From NCBI GenBank assembly GCA_964016885.1, contig OZ024741.1, positions 155,496,001 to 155,560,000 of the forward strand: 64,000 nt of DNA. The letters are read 5' to 3'. The position numbers and the translations under genes were made by a program. Below, piece by piece: positions 1 to 12,364 of the stretch. How positions within the stretch are numbered: the first letter of the stretch is position 1; each line of letters begins with the position of its first letter. This DNA comes from Eledone cirrhosa. Its lineage: Eukaryota. The notes under the pieces were generated by a model, which ran no database searches, was not told the DNA's origin, and worked only from the letters and a program-made list of their open reading frames with translations.

Positions 1-490
1 ATCTAACAGAACGAAGTCAATTACTTGATTAGCGAAAATTCATAAAGTAAGACATAGAAGACAGCATATGTCGCTCATACTATGTTAAGTCAATTAGCTG
101 GGGAAAAAGCTGTTCCTCGGTATATTTGTCATAAGTTTGGCCGAATATGCTTGTCAACTGCAGGACACTAAAGCCACCTCAAAAGTCACGAACACAATCC
201 GCCAATAGATTATGCTCAATTCATTGCAGAATCATTTATCTGTGATGTATGCAGACATGTCTGCAAGTGTCCCCCGGACTCACGAGATATTTGAAAACCC
301 ATAATGATTTTCCACCTGAGAGGCCTAACCATCAGGCCTAAAACACAGATTTAGTTTGCAGTATTTCCGGCAAACTCTGTAAGTCTCTCAGCGGCTTCAA
401 AAGTCACTCTCAATCTCACGTTCATAGGAACAGTTATAAGTCTACCTGTTAGTGATGGTCAAGCTAATTTAACGAGTAGACAGCCATCAT
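1..490 (+). mobile_element. Degenerate 3' end of an RTE-type LINE with tandem C2H2 zinc-finger remnants
   Basis: Manual translation gives CxxC/H..H-like motifs (e.g. CDVCRHVC, KLCKSLSGFKSHSQSH). It ends in CAGCCATCAT + (TATG)n like the RTE tails at 1085-1115, 48240-48270 and 48955-48985. Confidence 0.6.
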
Positions 491-492
491 AC

Positions 493-641
493 ATGTATGT
501 ATGTATGTATGTATGTATGTATGTATGTATGTATGTATGTATGTATGTATGTATGTATGTATGTATGTATGTATGTATGTATGTATCTATGTATGTGTGT
601 ATGTATTTATGTATGTATGTATGTATGTATGTATGTATGTA
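493..641. repeat. (TATG)n microsatellite
   Basis: Direct reading. Confidence 0.98.
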
Positions 642-643
642 TA

Positions 644-1115
644 ACAAAACCTGTCAAAACCTGTCAAAAGGCAAAGGGGCTCTTAAGAGTCAATAGCCAT
701 CCAAAATCACCGGGAGAGATGATCCCTTAGCCTTTGTCAAGGCAGAATTCTAGGAGAAGGAAAACTCTGATATAACACCTGCAACCCTGATGGTATCCAA
801 TGATGTTGACTTGTTCTTCTTTTTGGTAAATATCATCTTCGTTAAGAGAGTGGGACTGGCTTTGTGCAGTGCCTTTGCTCACTATAAAAGCTTCACGGCA
901 CAGGCATTACTTTATATCTGGAGATCTCTCTGCACTTGTCGTCACATGGTACCAGCACTGTGTGTCAATAATTGTCACAAGTGTAGTGTTTGTGCCAGAG
1001 TTTTCAAGTCGCTGGCTGGACTAAAAAGTCACACCCGTTCAGCGCATCGGTAGGAGTTCTCCTACATGGATATAAAGTAGTGGCCGTACTCGAAAACGAG
1101 TTGGCAGCCACCATA
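644..1115 (+). mobile_element. 5'-truncated copy of a non-autonomous bipartite RTE-derived element
   Basis: Near-identical to 48515-48985. The 3' part encodes CSVCARVFKSLAGLKSHTRSAH (C2H2) and ends CTCGAAAACGAG-TTGGCAGCCACC + TATG repeats. Confidence 0.7.
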
Positions 1116-1836
1116 TGTATATATGTATGTATGTAAGTCGGTAGGTAGGTATGCATATATGTATATATATATATGTTCTATAACCATATATCTAAAAAAA
1201 TACGCCAGAGAAGCCACGTAACATGACGTTGAGGTAGCCAATTAGTATATCTGCTTAATTATTAACATCCTGCAATGATTTAGCTGAAACTATCTAAAAA
1301 CGGGTTTGTTAATTCAAATGTATCTTTACAAGTAGACAGAATCCTGCAAAAATTTGTGGTAATTCTGTAATGATTCAGCAAAAAATATCTAAGAAGATAT
1401 TTGTTAATTCAAATGTTCATAGACATTTTACCAATGATCGAATCACTGCGCAAATTTGCAGAATTAACGTTTCTTATCCTATAATAAAAGGAGTTTGGTG
1501 AAAACATTTTACAATGTGTTTGTTAATTGAAATGTTTATAGTATCTTTACAACAGACTGTTGTAAAACATTTGCTGTGTTTTCTTGTAACATTCTGTTAT
1601 AATTTAGGAGAAGAAATCTAAAAATCGTCACAACTATCACCACCGCCATCACATGCTCACACGACCATATAGACGTGCGTACGCGTGGACATATATCCGT
1701 GAGGGAGTTTGCGCGTATCTGAAGGTGTACGTGCGAGAGAGTATGTGTCTCTAAATGAAATGAATCCTTGTAATGTCGGCTTCACACGCACACAGAGGCG
1801 CATAAACACACACACACACACACGCGCGCACACGCA

Positions 1837-1873
<37 letters not shown>

Positions 1874-2165
1874 TTTATTAGAAAGAGGGAGATGGAGAGA
1901 ATGGGAGAGAGATAGAGTGAGAAAGAGAGAGAAGAAGGTAAATACGCATCAATATATGTAAACGTTTGTGTATAAATATATTACACACACACACACACAC
2001 ATGCACACACACACACACACAGGCATATACATACACACACACACAGGCATATACATACACACACACATATATATATATATGTGTGTGAGTCCGTGTGTGT
2101 ATGTTTACATATGTACAAATATATCGATAGACAGCTAAATTGATATCTAAATAATTTCTTATATG

Positions 2166-2223
<58 letters not shown>

Positions 2224-2352
2224 GGTGTGTGTGTAAGTGTGTGTGTGCGTATGTTTGTGCGTGTGTATGCAACATTCTGTATTGTGGCTAGTGATGATCC
2301 TTGCTATTCTTGTGTTTTTCCTGAGTCTTCACAGATTTAGAGAGATACATAT

Positions 2353-2383
<31 letters not shown>

Positions 2384-2579
2384 TACACTTACATATCATT
2401 GTTTATTCGGAAGTATCTCTTTTCCATCATGTCACTTTAACAGCTCATAGCTTTTTCAATATAAGAGTTTTATTAATTTTGCAGACGCCATCTTTTCTTA
2501 TGTTCAATATCCTTCTTTAGTCACGTTTTTAAAAGTCTTATTAAAGAATTATTGTCTTCTAGGGCAATAACAAATGAAT

Positions 2580-2822
<243 letters not shown>

Positions 2823-3446
2823 TTTAAGTCGTTTGGAAGCCTCGACAATGCAGATGGGTGAATCTCCGGGTAACAAGATCCGGTGGTGGAGAGAGAGATG
2901 TAAGTGGGTGTACGTTGAGATGCGTGGCGTGTATAAGACGTGTAGAGGAATGAAGGAAAGAGCGTAAAGGATAAAAATAAAAATAACAACACAAGAGAGA
3001 GTTACCTTGGGAGAGATTTAATTGTCCCTGTATATTTCGGATTCACATCCATAAACTGAGGTTTTTTCCGGGGGGGGGGGGGGTTGTCTGTTGGAAAGGT
3101 GCGAAACGTGTCCTCCGCTGTTCATTGTTTTGATACTCAAAACAACGAACAGCGAAGGACACGTTTCGCACCTTTCCGACAGACAACCTGTTCCCCCCCG
3201 GAAAAAACCCAAGTTGATGGATGTGAATCCGAAATATACAGGGACAATTAAATCTCTCCCAAGGTAACTCTCTCTCGTGTTGTTATTTTTATTTTTATCC
3301 TTTACGCTCTTTCCTTCATTCCTCTACACGTCTTATACACGCCACGCATCTCAACGTACACCCACTTACATCTCTCTCTCCACCACCGGATCTTGTTACC
3401 CGGAGATTTATCCATCTGCATTGTCGAGGCTTCCAAACGACTTAAA
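2823..3446. repeat. ~620-bp near-perfect palindrome (fold-back element) between (TA)n tracts
   Basis: 2823-3130 is the reverse complement of 3137-3446, centred on GTTTTGATACTCAAAAC. The same peptide [15 protein letters not shown]... appears on both strands in the ORF track. Confidence 0.92.
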
Positions 3447-3496
3447 GAAATTTACCTTATTATTCGACAATGCTTCAAGCAAACTTCAATACTTTC

Positions 3497-3542
<46 letters not shown>

Positions 3543-3854
3543 GCATATATATATATATATATGAATATATATACAAAGATCGGAATTAAGAGTATTCCGC
3601 AGTTCACTGTAATAATAATAATAGTATTAGCTCAAAGAAGAATAGAAAATTTCCTTCTGAGCTCAAATGCAAGTATATATTACACAAAGAGAAGTGTGTT
3701 ACACAGTGAGATGTGTGTAAAGAATTATTACAAGTGATTTTACCGTTACTGTATAGGGAACAATATCTACAGGTTAGCAATTAAATAGAAAAAAAAACAA
3801 TTCAGAATCAAATCTCAGGATTAGAGTTTTAATTCACAAACCTTATAACTATAT

Positions 3855-3929
3855 TTTGCTGATACGAATCTTGCTTCGTTTCACCACTTATATGTGAAGT
3901 ATCAGGTCACAGGATCCTCAGTCTGCAAA
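3855..3929 (-). ncRNA. Type I hammerhead ribozyme (family H1, inverted copy)
   Basis: Minus strand: TTTGCAGA CTGAGGA ... GGT GAAA CGAA gcaaga TTCG TA TCAGCAAA. One stem I mismatch. Confidence 0.8.
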
Positions 3930-4309
3930 TGCGAACACAGTAACGGTAAAATCACTTGTAATAATTCTTTACACACATCTCACAATGTAACACACTTCTC
4001 TTTGTGTAATATATACTTGCATTTGAGCTCAGAAGGAAATTTTCTATTCTTCTTTGAGCTAATACTATTATTATTATTATTACAGTGAACTGCGGAATAC
4101 TCTTAATTCCGATCTTTGTATACTTAATGAGCTCCAAATTGTTGAGCTAATAAATTCGAATGGTTGAGCTGCACTTTCTAGCGTCTTCCCCAATCCACGA
4201 GAGCCGTTATTTGATGCAAATAACACGTGATTTCGCCCTACTCTGGCCAGCGTGTCTATTAGCAATCTCTCTATCCATGAGGTTAGATGTACAGTGTTCA
4301 GTGTTCGCA

Positions 4310-4384
4310 TTTGCTGACTGAGGATCCTGTGACCTGATACTTCACATATAAGTGGTGAAACGAAGCGAGATTCGTATCAGCAAA
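4310..4384 (+). ncRNA. Type I hammerhead ribozyme (family H1)
   Basis: Stem I TTTGCTGA/TCAGCAAA, core CTGAGGA (4318-4324), extended stem II, GAAA (4357-4360), stem III ACGAA/TTCGT, GUA cleavage triplet at 4374-4376. Confidence 0.88.
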
Positions 4385-4794
4385 ATATAGTTATAAGGTT
4401 TGTGATTTAAAACTCTAATCCAGAGATTTGATTCTGAATTGGTTTTTTTCTATTTAATTGCTAACCTGTAGATATTGTTCCCTATACAGTAACGGTAAAA
4501 TCACTTGTAATAATTCTTTACACACATCTCACTGTGTAACACACTTCTCTTTGTGTAATATATACTTGTATATGAATATATATATATATATATATTTAGT
4601 TTCTGAATTTGTTTAGCAAGATTCTTTATCTGAAAACGTGTGTTGAAACCGATATTGTTATACTTTGGGAGGGTCATGTTGCCAATAACAAACACACGCA
4701 CCAGTTGCTTTCACTTCAATTTATTATAAATTTAGGAATTTATAAATTTCCGGTTGGTTGGTTGGTTCCAGAACTAGACCATTGTTCATATATT

Positions 4795-4837
4795 GTCAAA
4801 GTTCTTTCGTCACACATTCTATGACCTCTTCAGTGAC
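4795..4837 (-). ncRNA. Minimal type I hammerhead (family H2) in the 3' UTR of the Penelope-like element
   Basis: Minus strand: GTCA CTGAAGA G GTCA tagaatgtg TGAC GAAA GAAC TT TGAC. It lies ~200 nt downstream of the GIY-YIG ORF stop on the same strand. Confidence 0.82.
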
Positions 4838-5036
4838 TGGGGATTCTTTTCTTTGTTTTTGTGCCTCTCCTTTGTTCTGTCCTACGCCATCTTGTTTTTG
4901 TGTGTGTTGTGTGCTTAGTTTGCGCATGTGTTACATCCGGGTCTCTGTGTGTGTTTATATTTGTTTATTTATTTGTTTATTTACATGTTACTGGTTGGTT
5001 GTTTGTTCTATGTGTGTGTGTGTTTTTATTTTGCCC

Positions 5037-6075
5037 TTAATTGTAAGTTGTGATGTTGCTATTCCATTCATGCTTTCTATTTAATTTTGGTTCGAGTTCA
5101 TTTATGTTATTTGCCTCTGTGATTTGCCTAAACATTGCGTCTTTTCTGTGTGTAGATTCTATTTTTATTTCTATGTTCTCTAATTTACCCTTATGTTCTA
5201 TTTTAGCATGTTGGTAGAGTACAGATGATTCTTTACTATCTTGAAGCTCTCGCCAGTGTTCATTTATCCGTTCTCCTATACTACGAGCTGTCTCACCTAT
5301 GTACACTATATTCTTATCTCTACATTGTCCTTCAGTACATCTTATGCTATATACTACATTTCTAGTTTTACAGTTAATATGGGGGCTTAATTTACAGATT
5401 ATACATTTCTTATCTATACAGGGAGGTCTTTGAAAAGGGTATGTATTGCTAATAAGTGTTTTTATGGAGGTACCTGGTCTTTCTACTATCTTAATATTGA
5501 GTTTATGTTTATCTAGAGCCCTTCTGAATTTGTAGGCTAATTCACCTCTAGGGGTTGTATTGATGAACATTACACTCTGGTATTTTTTGCTATCATACCA
5601 TGAGTTTATTCTATTAACCTTATTCCTAGTTCTTTCTATTCTATTCCAAAATTTGCTCCTATACAAGGGGCAGGTCCCATTTGTATCATTATTTACCATT
5701 TTTTCCCATTTGGTTCTGGCTCCTCTATATACTCTGATCTTATCTCTCTGATTGTAACCAGAGAACTGCATACGGTGGATGAAGTGTTGTATGTGTCTCT
5801 CTAGTTCTTTGGGGTTGCACATGCGGGACACGTTTCTCATCACCCACACCAAATCCGCAATCAGTATGTTGATTTTGGTGTGGTCCGAAACAGCTGAGTT
5901 TCGGTGGATCAGATATTTGGAAGTCATGGGTTAGGCGTAATGGGAATGGAGGATCTGTTTTTTGTTATTGATAGTATCTAACCAGAGCTCTGTGTCTAGT
6001 ACAGGTAATCGATGGTTTGGGTGTTTGCTTGGGTAGTCTATAGTAATTCTAATACTCTGGTGGATGGAGTTAGCA
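5037..6075 (-). mobile_element. 5'-truncated Penelope-like retroelement (RT thumb + Cys linker + GIY-YIG endonuclease)
   Basis: ORF 5037-5927 has CxxxxCxxC...C followed by NVVYSIRC...VYIGETARSIGERINEH and a C-terminal EA..I..LEPKLN. An upstream frame reads LPVLDTEL (RT palm/thumb). Confidence 0.9.
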
Positions 6076-6094
6076 TCCAGCAAATAGCTAACTC

Positions 6095-6560
6095 GATAAA
6101 TGGAATAGAATGAAACGAAATTTCATTTCTCACTCTTAGTACGGCACTTACTTAAATGTAAGTATTCATTCTATTCAATTTATCGTTTTCGGTGTGCCCG
6201 GCGGACTGAACTCACTCGATATGCACATTAGGCTGCTCAGCCGTTAATATACATAAGGAAAGTATATACTTTCAGACGTTCAACCATCTGGCAGGAAGGT
6301 ATACGATGCTGACGATAGCTAATAAGTTTGAAACTAGTACATCGTTCCTGTGTCAGTGTTGAACAAAAAGGTGACGTGGTTGCCTAAACACTGTACGGCG
6401 TAATTCGGGCTGTTTGTTTGTTTACAAACAAACAAACCGAGCATTATAATAAATGTTCGGTAAACCGATACCTGCATATATATATATGTGTGCATGTATG
6501 TATATATATACATACTACTGTACGTCTGTATACATATATGTATGTACGTGTACATACTTA
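6095..6560 (+). mobile_element. Non-coding repeat family carrying hammerhead H3 (copy 1)
   Basis: Homologous to 12365-12866 and 30885-31410; no coding capacity; ends in TA/TG microsatellite. Confidence 0.78.
6303..6345 (+). ncRNA. Minimal type I hammerhead (family H3)
   Basis: ACGATG CTGACGA T AGCT aata AGTT T GAAA CTAG TA CATCGT: 6-bp stem I, palindromic stem III (ACTAGT), GUA triplet. Confidence 0.87.
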
Positions 6561-6603
6561 CATATATATATATATATATATATTTATTAAAATAACAGAT
6601 TAA

Positions 6604-6654
6604 AGTTTAAACAAAGAATCGCTGCTTTCATCCTTAACGGGATCTTCTGAAACT
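6604..6654 (-). ncRNA. Hammerhead-like motif with U4A core (family H4) in the inverted pLTR
   Basis: Minus strand: AGTTT CAGAAGA TCCC gttaa GGAT GAAA GCAG...TTGT TT AAACT. Confidence 0.55.
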
Positions 6655-9600
6655 AACAAAGTCAATCTGTAAACGCAGAAGTGGATATTTCAAAAAACGT
6701 TGCAACCGGAGGAAGACAGGAAGACGATACTTTGGTTCGTGGAAACGTTCCCTGGCAAAGAACGGGAAAACACGAATATAATACGTCATTAATAGGAGCG
6801 GTGAAAAACAATTACGCGCAAAGACAGAATCACGTTTATGGTATAAAAGAGGTCGTAGACTAATGTTCTCTTAGGTGGTTCAAAGAAACGTCGGTTGAGC
6901 ACTCTATTGATTTATATTCACCATGCAGAAACAACATCTGAATATTTCTACAAAGAACATACCCGTACCAAGCAGGAAAACATACCTAAAACTCCTGGTA
7001 CAGAAAACAGACGCGTTCATTAAAAGGTTGCGTTGGCGTGCCTTTTATTTCGATAATCCCCGAAAAGCAGACAACAAACAGGATAAATTTGGGTTTAAAA
7101 CCTATAATAACCCCCCCCCCCCCCGTGTAACTCAGCATTGCTACCCTTCGAAAATGATGTCTTGGAACTCATACGGAGTATCAAATTTCGGAATAGGAGC
7201 AATTCCTTCCAGCAGGACCTGAAGAATAGAATTCGTTCTATTAAGGATTCTAATGCCGTGCACGTCCATTCCGACAAAACTGGCAACCTATATCAAGTGG
7301 AGCGCAGTATTTACCATCAACTACTACATAATGCTGTAACTAAAGATTACTAATCGGTGCGTCATCAATGAAATCAACGATGCTGGGTTTAAAATCACAT
7401 CTGATCTCAACATTCTGGACCCGACCGAACCTCTGGACCCTATTTCTCCCGACTTTACCCTGAAGGATCACAAATCCAATTTTCCGAACAACTCCTCTAT
7501 TCGGCTTATTAACCCTACGAAGTGCGATTTAGGTAGACTTAGTAAAACGATTCTTGATAGAATTATACCTGAAATTAGAAGTTTGGCCCCTCTTGCACTG
7601 TGGAACAATTCTTTCGCGGTGATTGATTGGTTCAACGGCATATGTAACAAGGAACATTGCCGTTTTATCTAATTCGACATCAACAATTACTACTCTTCCA
7701 TCACTTTACCACTTCTCCTTAGAGCTATCAATTTCGCTAAAACACTCACAGTGGTTAAGGATTTCGAAGTTGATGTCATCCTCAATGCCCGTAAGTCGGT
7801 GATTAATTTCGACGACTCTATTTGGATTAAAAAATCCAATAGTACCCCATTCGACGTGAGTATGGGCGCCAGCGATTCTGCGGAGGTTACTGATCTTATC
7901 GGCCTTTTCCTTCTTTTCTCTATCAAGGACGAATTCCCCAACGCGGGCGGTGGTTTGTACCGTGATGATGGTATTTTGACCATGACTAAGTGCGGACCTC
8001 GTGCTTGCGACAGGTTCAGAAAAGAACTCACAGCCTTCTTTAAAGGCTTCAACCTCTCTATACAGGTTGAGGCCAATCTCTCGGTCGTTAATTACCTCGA
8101 CGTTACCCTGGGTTGTATTACCCGTATAGAAAGCCGAATGATACGCTTAAATACCAGCCATCCTGCCAGCATAACCAAGAACCTGGTAAGAAACGTTTCG
8201 TTGAGGCTTTCCCGTGTATCTACTAACGAGCATATTTTCAACGACCATTCCACTTATTACAATGAAGCTCTTGCTCGGAGTGGATTTGTCGATAAGGTAG
8301 CATATACAGAGTACGAAAATAGACCTAGAAGAAATAGATCCCGTCGCATTTGTTGGTATAACCCACCATATAATCTGGAGGTGGCCACACCATTAGCTAA
8401 GATCTTTCTTTCCCTTATTACGAAGCATTTTCCCCCTACACATAAATATAGTAACATTTTTAATAGAAATACTATTAAAATTTCTTACTCTACGACTCCT
8501 AACCTTGCACATAACATCATAGCTTCAAATTTAGCTAAACTACCTAGCCGCAGGAACACGTGCAACCGTGTAGTTAGTACTAACTGTAATTGTAGGAATC
8601 GGGTTGATTGCCCCCTATCCGGATATGCCTCTCTAGCAACATTGTCTACAAATGTAAGGTTGAAACACCCACGTCCCGTAGGGCCTACATAGGGTTAACC
8701 GCCAATAGATTCAAGCAGCGTATTTACATGCGAACCCATTCTTTTCGTTACCCTCTATGAAGGAATATGACGTCACTTTCAGCTTATATCTGGTGTCTAA
8801 AAGACAACCACACCCAATATAAGTTACACTGGGAGATCGTAGCTAGGGCTAGATGGTATAACGGAAATAAAAGACCATGTGACCTCTGCGCCGCTGAGGC
8901 CCTGGAAATACTCTACGTCGCAGACCACAAAAAATGTGAGGCAATTTCGGCTTGTAAACATAAATTGCACAAAACTTTCCTGTATTACAGCCCCACGTTA
9001 TACCCTAACGGATAGTACGATCTATACGTGGATATTTTACGTCTTGATGTGGGAGCTAAGTATATGTTTTGTTTATACCATTATTTATTTGTATAGGTAA
9101 GTATTTTTTACCTGTATGTTTTGTGAAGGTACGTATACCTTCTCGTACGTATATTTGATTGTATATGTTATGGCGTATAATTTTATATATTCTGGTACAT
9201 ATCGTTTGGTTATGTGTATACGGGAGTTTTGTGTCTGTGTGAGTATGCAAATTCGAACGCATGTAGGGTGTGTGTATATGTGTACTTCATGTTTTGGTTG
9301 ACTTACGTCTCCGAACATTTGTGTATTTACATGTAGGTATGTGTGTGCGCTTGTTATATACGTATTTATTTATTTATATACGTTTATTTAATTATTTATT
9401 TATTTGTATACACGCATACACACACATATTTATATGTGAGTGGTTTTGTATACCTATGGTAAGTGTCTTCGCGTATGCTTGTGTATGTACGTATTTGTAT
9501 GCGCGTATGTATTTATTTAATTTCTATTACCTCTGTATTGTATTTATTTACTTTCTTCTTAACTCTGAAGCGGAGATTCATTCGGTCTCCTAGTTAGAAT

Positions 9601-9950
9601 TTTAGTCTACGACTCCTGCTATACCATTTACGTGGTTTTGTCTTTGCGTGCAATTGTTCTCCACGCTCCACATATGACGTATTATCTTCGTTATTTTCGT
9701 TCATTGCCAGAGAACGTCTCTTTGAACCACCCAAGAGAACATTAAACTACGACCTCTTTTATACCATAAACATGGTTCTGTCTTTGCGCGTAATTGTTTT
9801 TCACCGCTCCTATTAATGACGTATTATATTCGTTTTTTCCCGTTCTTTGCCAGGGAACGTTTCCACGAACCAAAGTATCGTCTTCCTGTCTTCCTCCGGT
9901 TGCAACGTTTTTTGAAATATCCACTTCTGCGTTTACAGATTGACTTTGTT

Positions 9951-10000
9951 AGTTTCAGAAGATCCTGTTAGGGTGAAAGCAGCGATTCTTTGCTTAAAAT
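9951..10000 (+). ncRNA. Hammerhead-like motif with U4A core (family H4) in the 3' pLTR
   Basis: AGTTT CAGAAGA TCCT gtta GGGT GAAA GCAG cgattct TTGC TT AAAAT. Confidence 0.6.
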
Positions 10001-10107
10001 TTAATCTGTTATTTTAATAAATATTTGCTCTACGGTTCTTATATATTTGATATATATTTATCCTTATCGAGCCCTCTTTGGATTTTAGTCTTCAAATTTA
10101 TTATTAT

Positions 10108-10156
<49 letters not shown>

Positions 10157-10564
10157 AATATGAAAACATGGCGTGCTGCGTGGTTGCAAATGGGTTACAT
10201 ATGAATAAATTTAGTCCTTCATCAGTGATCTTCCAACCTTAATTGGTATTTCATCGCTTTAAAGACCATACACCTCCGGTTGGTGCGAGCAACGGCTAAA
10301 GAAATTCGTTGGAACACTTAAATAAGAGGAACGAGCGAGACTGTAAACAATCAAAGATGGTAATGCAACGAAAAGTGAGGAAGAAGGAGTCAAATCCCAG
10401 AAATCGATGAATATAAGTTCTGTGAAATCGTGGACGAGAGAGAATAAAGACCATCAAACCTGGTCGAAATGTGAGCAAGGAAAGAATTTCGCACAGGTCA
10501 AACGGGAGGAAGAAGGATTCAAGTCCCTGAAATCGGTGAACATAAGTTCTGTATATATATATAT

Positions 10565-10810
10565 ATATATATATTGTTATGCTTTCGGAGGATCATGTTG
10601 CCAATAAGAAACACACGCACTAATTGCTTTCACTCCAATTTATTATAAATTAAATTTATAAATTTAATTTATAATAAATTGGAGTAAAAGCAACTGGTGC
10701 GTGTGTTTGTTATTGGCAAACATAATCCTCCCAAAGCATAACAATATCGGTTTCAACACACGTTTTCAGATAAAGAATCTTGCTAAACAAATTCAGAAAC
10801 GAAATATATA
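10565..10810. repeat. Fold-back palindrome of a repeat also present at 4590-4745
   Basis: 10572-10655 is inverted at 10665-10750. 10665-10805 is the reverse complement of 4597-4735. Confidence 0.8.
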
Positions 10811-10819
10811 TATATATAT

Positions 10820-11527
10820 ATATTATATTATATTTAGAGTTATAAACTCAAACAGTCCTTTACAATTAATTAGCTCAAAGAAAGAAGCATTTCTGAGCCG
10901 TGAAATACAAGTTAATATAAATTAATATATGATAAACACATAAGTGTTTGTATTGTAAAAGACGAAGTTAGCTAGAATGAAATAAACTAATTCAAATAAA
11001 TATAGTTTGCCAGTCTCGATTTAAAATAATAAATCAATAAAAACAAACCCATATTGGCAATAGCCGTGATACCTGGACAAATTTAAATTTCAAAATCCAA
11101 ACCTGTTCCGCAGACAATTTTGAATTTCAAAACACAAATAAGTTTCGCAACGAGAGTATAAAAAAAGTGAAAGATTCCATTTTCTGTGTTCATCAACAGG
11201 TATCCAGAAAATTAAGATGTTTCACCTCGAAATATTTTTGGAGGTCTGGTGTACAAGCGCAAACGCACGTGGTTTCCCAGCTCACTAGCTATCTCATACT
11301 CATGGCGCTAGAAATAACAGCCGTTTATATGGGATTAAAAATTAGCTCAACAAAAGGAGCCGTAATATTATATTATATTTAGAGTTATAAACTCAAACAG
11401 TCCTTTACAATTAATTAGCTCAAAGAAAGAAGCATTTCTGAGCCGTGAAATACAAGTTAATAGCTAACTTCGTCTTTTACAATACAAACACTTATGTGTT
11501 TATCATATATTAATTTATATTAACTTG
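10820..11527. mobile_element. Non-coding element with direct plus inverted terminal duplications, distantly related to 3570-4570
   Basis: 10822-10917 is repeated directly at 11363-11462, and 10908-10972 is inverted at 11461-11527. It shares TTAGCTCAAAGAA...TTCTGAGC and ATTAGCTCAACAA motifs with the 3.6-4.2 kb element. Confidence 0.6.
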
Positions 11528-11712
11528 GCTGGATTGGCAGTATCGGTAGAGGGTCGGACGCCATGCTTTCCAGCATAGTTACGTCCCTTTACGATCTGAG
11601 TTCAAATCCCGCCGAGGTTGTCTTTGCCTTTCATCCTTATGGGGTCGATAAAATAAAGTACCAGTAATGCACTGGATAATTGTTGGCCTTGTGCCTAAAG
11701 TAGAAACAATTA
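11527..11712 (+). mobile_element. tRNA-derived SINE with Meta-type central domain
   Basis: B-box GAGTTCAAATCCC followed by GCCTTTCATCCTTATGGGGTCGATAAAATAAAGTACCAG; multiple copies in the window. Confidence 0.85.
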
Positions 11713-12219
11713 ATTTATATTAATTTGTATTATATATATATATATGTATACGCACACATATATATATTTGATAATATAATGTATGTTTATTTAAAAACCT
11801 TTTGAAGATTAAAATTCATAGCGAATGGTTTTCAAAATGTTTTTAAATAAACATACCGTATATTATCAAATATACTATACGTACATTCATATACATTCAA
11901 CTGCATTTCTTTAGGAAATGTGAGAAGGAAAAGGTTACCGAATTCAAAGAGTAATAAGAATAGACCCTTTTATCAAACACTAGATGTAAAGCAAGCCATT
12001 AAATATAAAAACAGATTGTGCATGGAGTTTTTGAGACGTGCAAAATTATAGGTTGAGGTAAAAAGTATTATATTGTTATTATTAGTCATAATGTTATTAA
12101 CAATTATCCTTATACAGTTAGAATGATAATTGTTGTTAGCTAGATATGCAGGAGTGGAAGTTATTTATGAGGCAGAAGTAAACATTTCGCTTAAGAATAT
12201 ATATATATATATATATATA

Positions 12220-12350
12220 GAAATAGCTGTCGAAACGGCTTGAGCTCTGCCGTCGGGGTCCTGACTCTTTCCCTATTACCCACTTTACTACTCATACTAT
12301 CGAGTACTCTGGTGTGTTATGGTCCACCTGGTCCCTTACCACTCTTCCCT
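12220..12350 (+). mobile_element. Fragment of the H5-hammerhead repeat family (3' half of the ribozyme only)
   Basis: GAAACGGC ttgagctct GCCGTC GGGGTCC matches 29961-30010 (-) and 35303-35380 (-). The 5' core is replaced by (TA)n. Confidence 0.65.
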
Positions 12351-12364
12351 CGTTATATATATAA

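Larger units (their letters stand above)
3570..4570. mobile_element. Non-coding hammerhead-bearing fold-back element (Penelope pLTR/retrozyme-like), arrangement X-Y-X'-U-Y'-X'
   Basis: 3570-3750 is inverted at 3938-4121 and partly at 4487-4570. 3750-3938 is inverted at 4300-4490. A hammerhead lies in each Y arm. Confidence 0.75.
6580..10110 (+). mobile_element. Near full-length degenerate Penelope-like element with inverted 5' pseudo-LTR
   Basis: Broken ORF 6923-9015: STKNIPVP N-terminus, RT GLYRDD, NYLDVTL, WYNPPY, CNC...CPL, then GIY-YIG (IVY...YIGLT in a shifted frame, CDLCAAE). 6580-6887 is the reverse complement of 9721-10025. Confidence 0.9.

Noticed and set aside
6185-6245. Second, antisense hammerhead in the H3 family (CTGAGCA...CCGAAAACG)
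   Set aside because: G8 is missing in all copies (CTGAGCA/CTGAGTA) and stems I and III cannot be formed.
6923-9015. Penelope-like element with recoded stops (Naiad-type selenoprotein)
   Set aside because: The interruptions are TAA stops and frameshifts, and the GIY-YIG domain is C-terminal; ordinary decay explains them.
10205-10230. Minus-strand CTGATGAAGGAC hammerhead start
   Set aside because: The 3' half (stem II partner and GAAA) is absent; at most a truncated remnant, so not counted.
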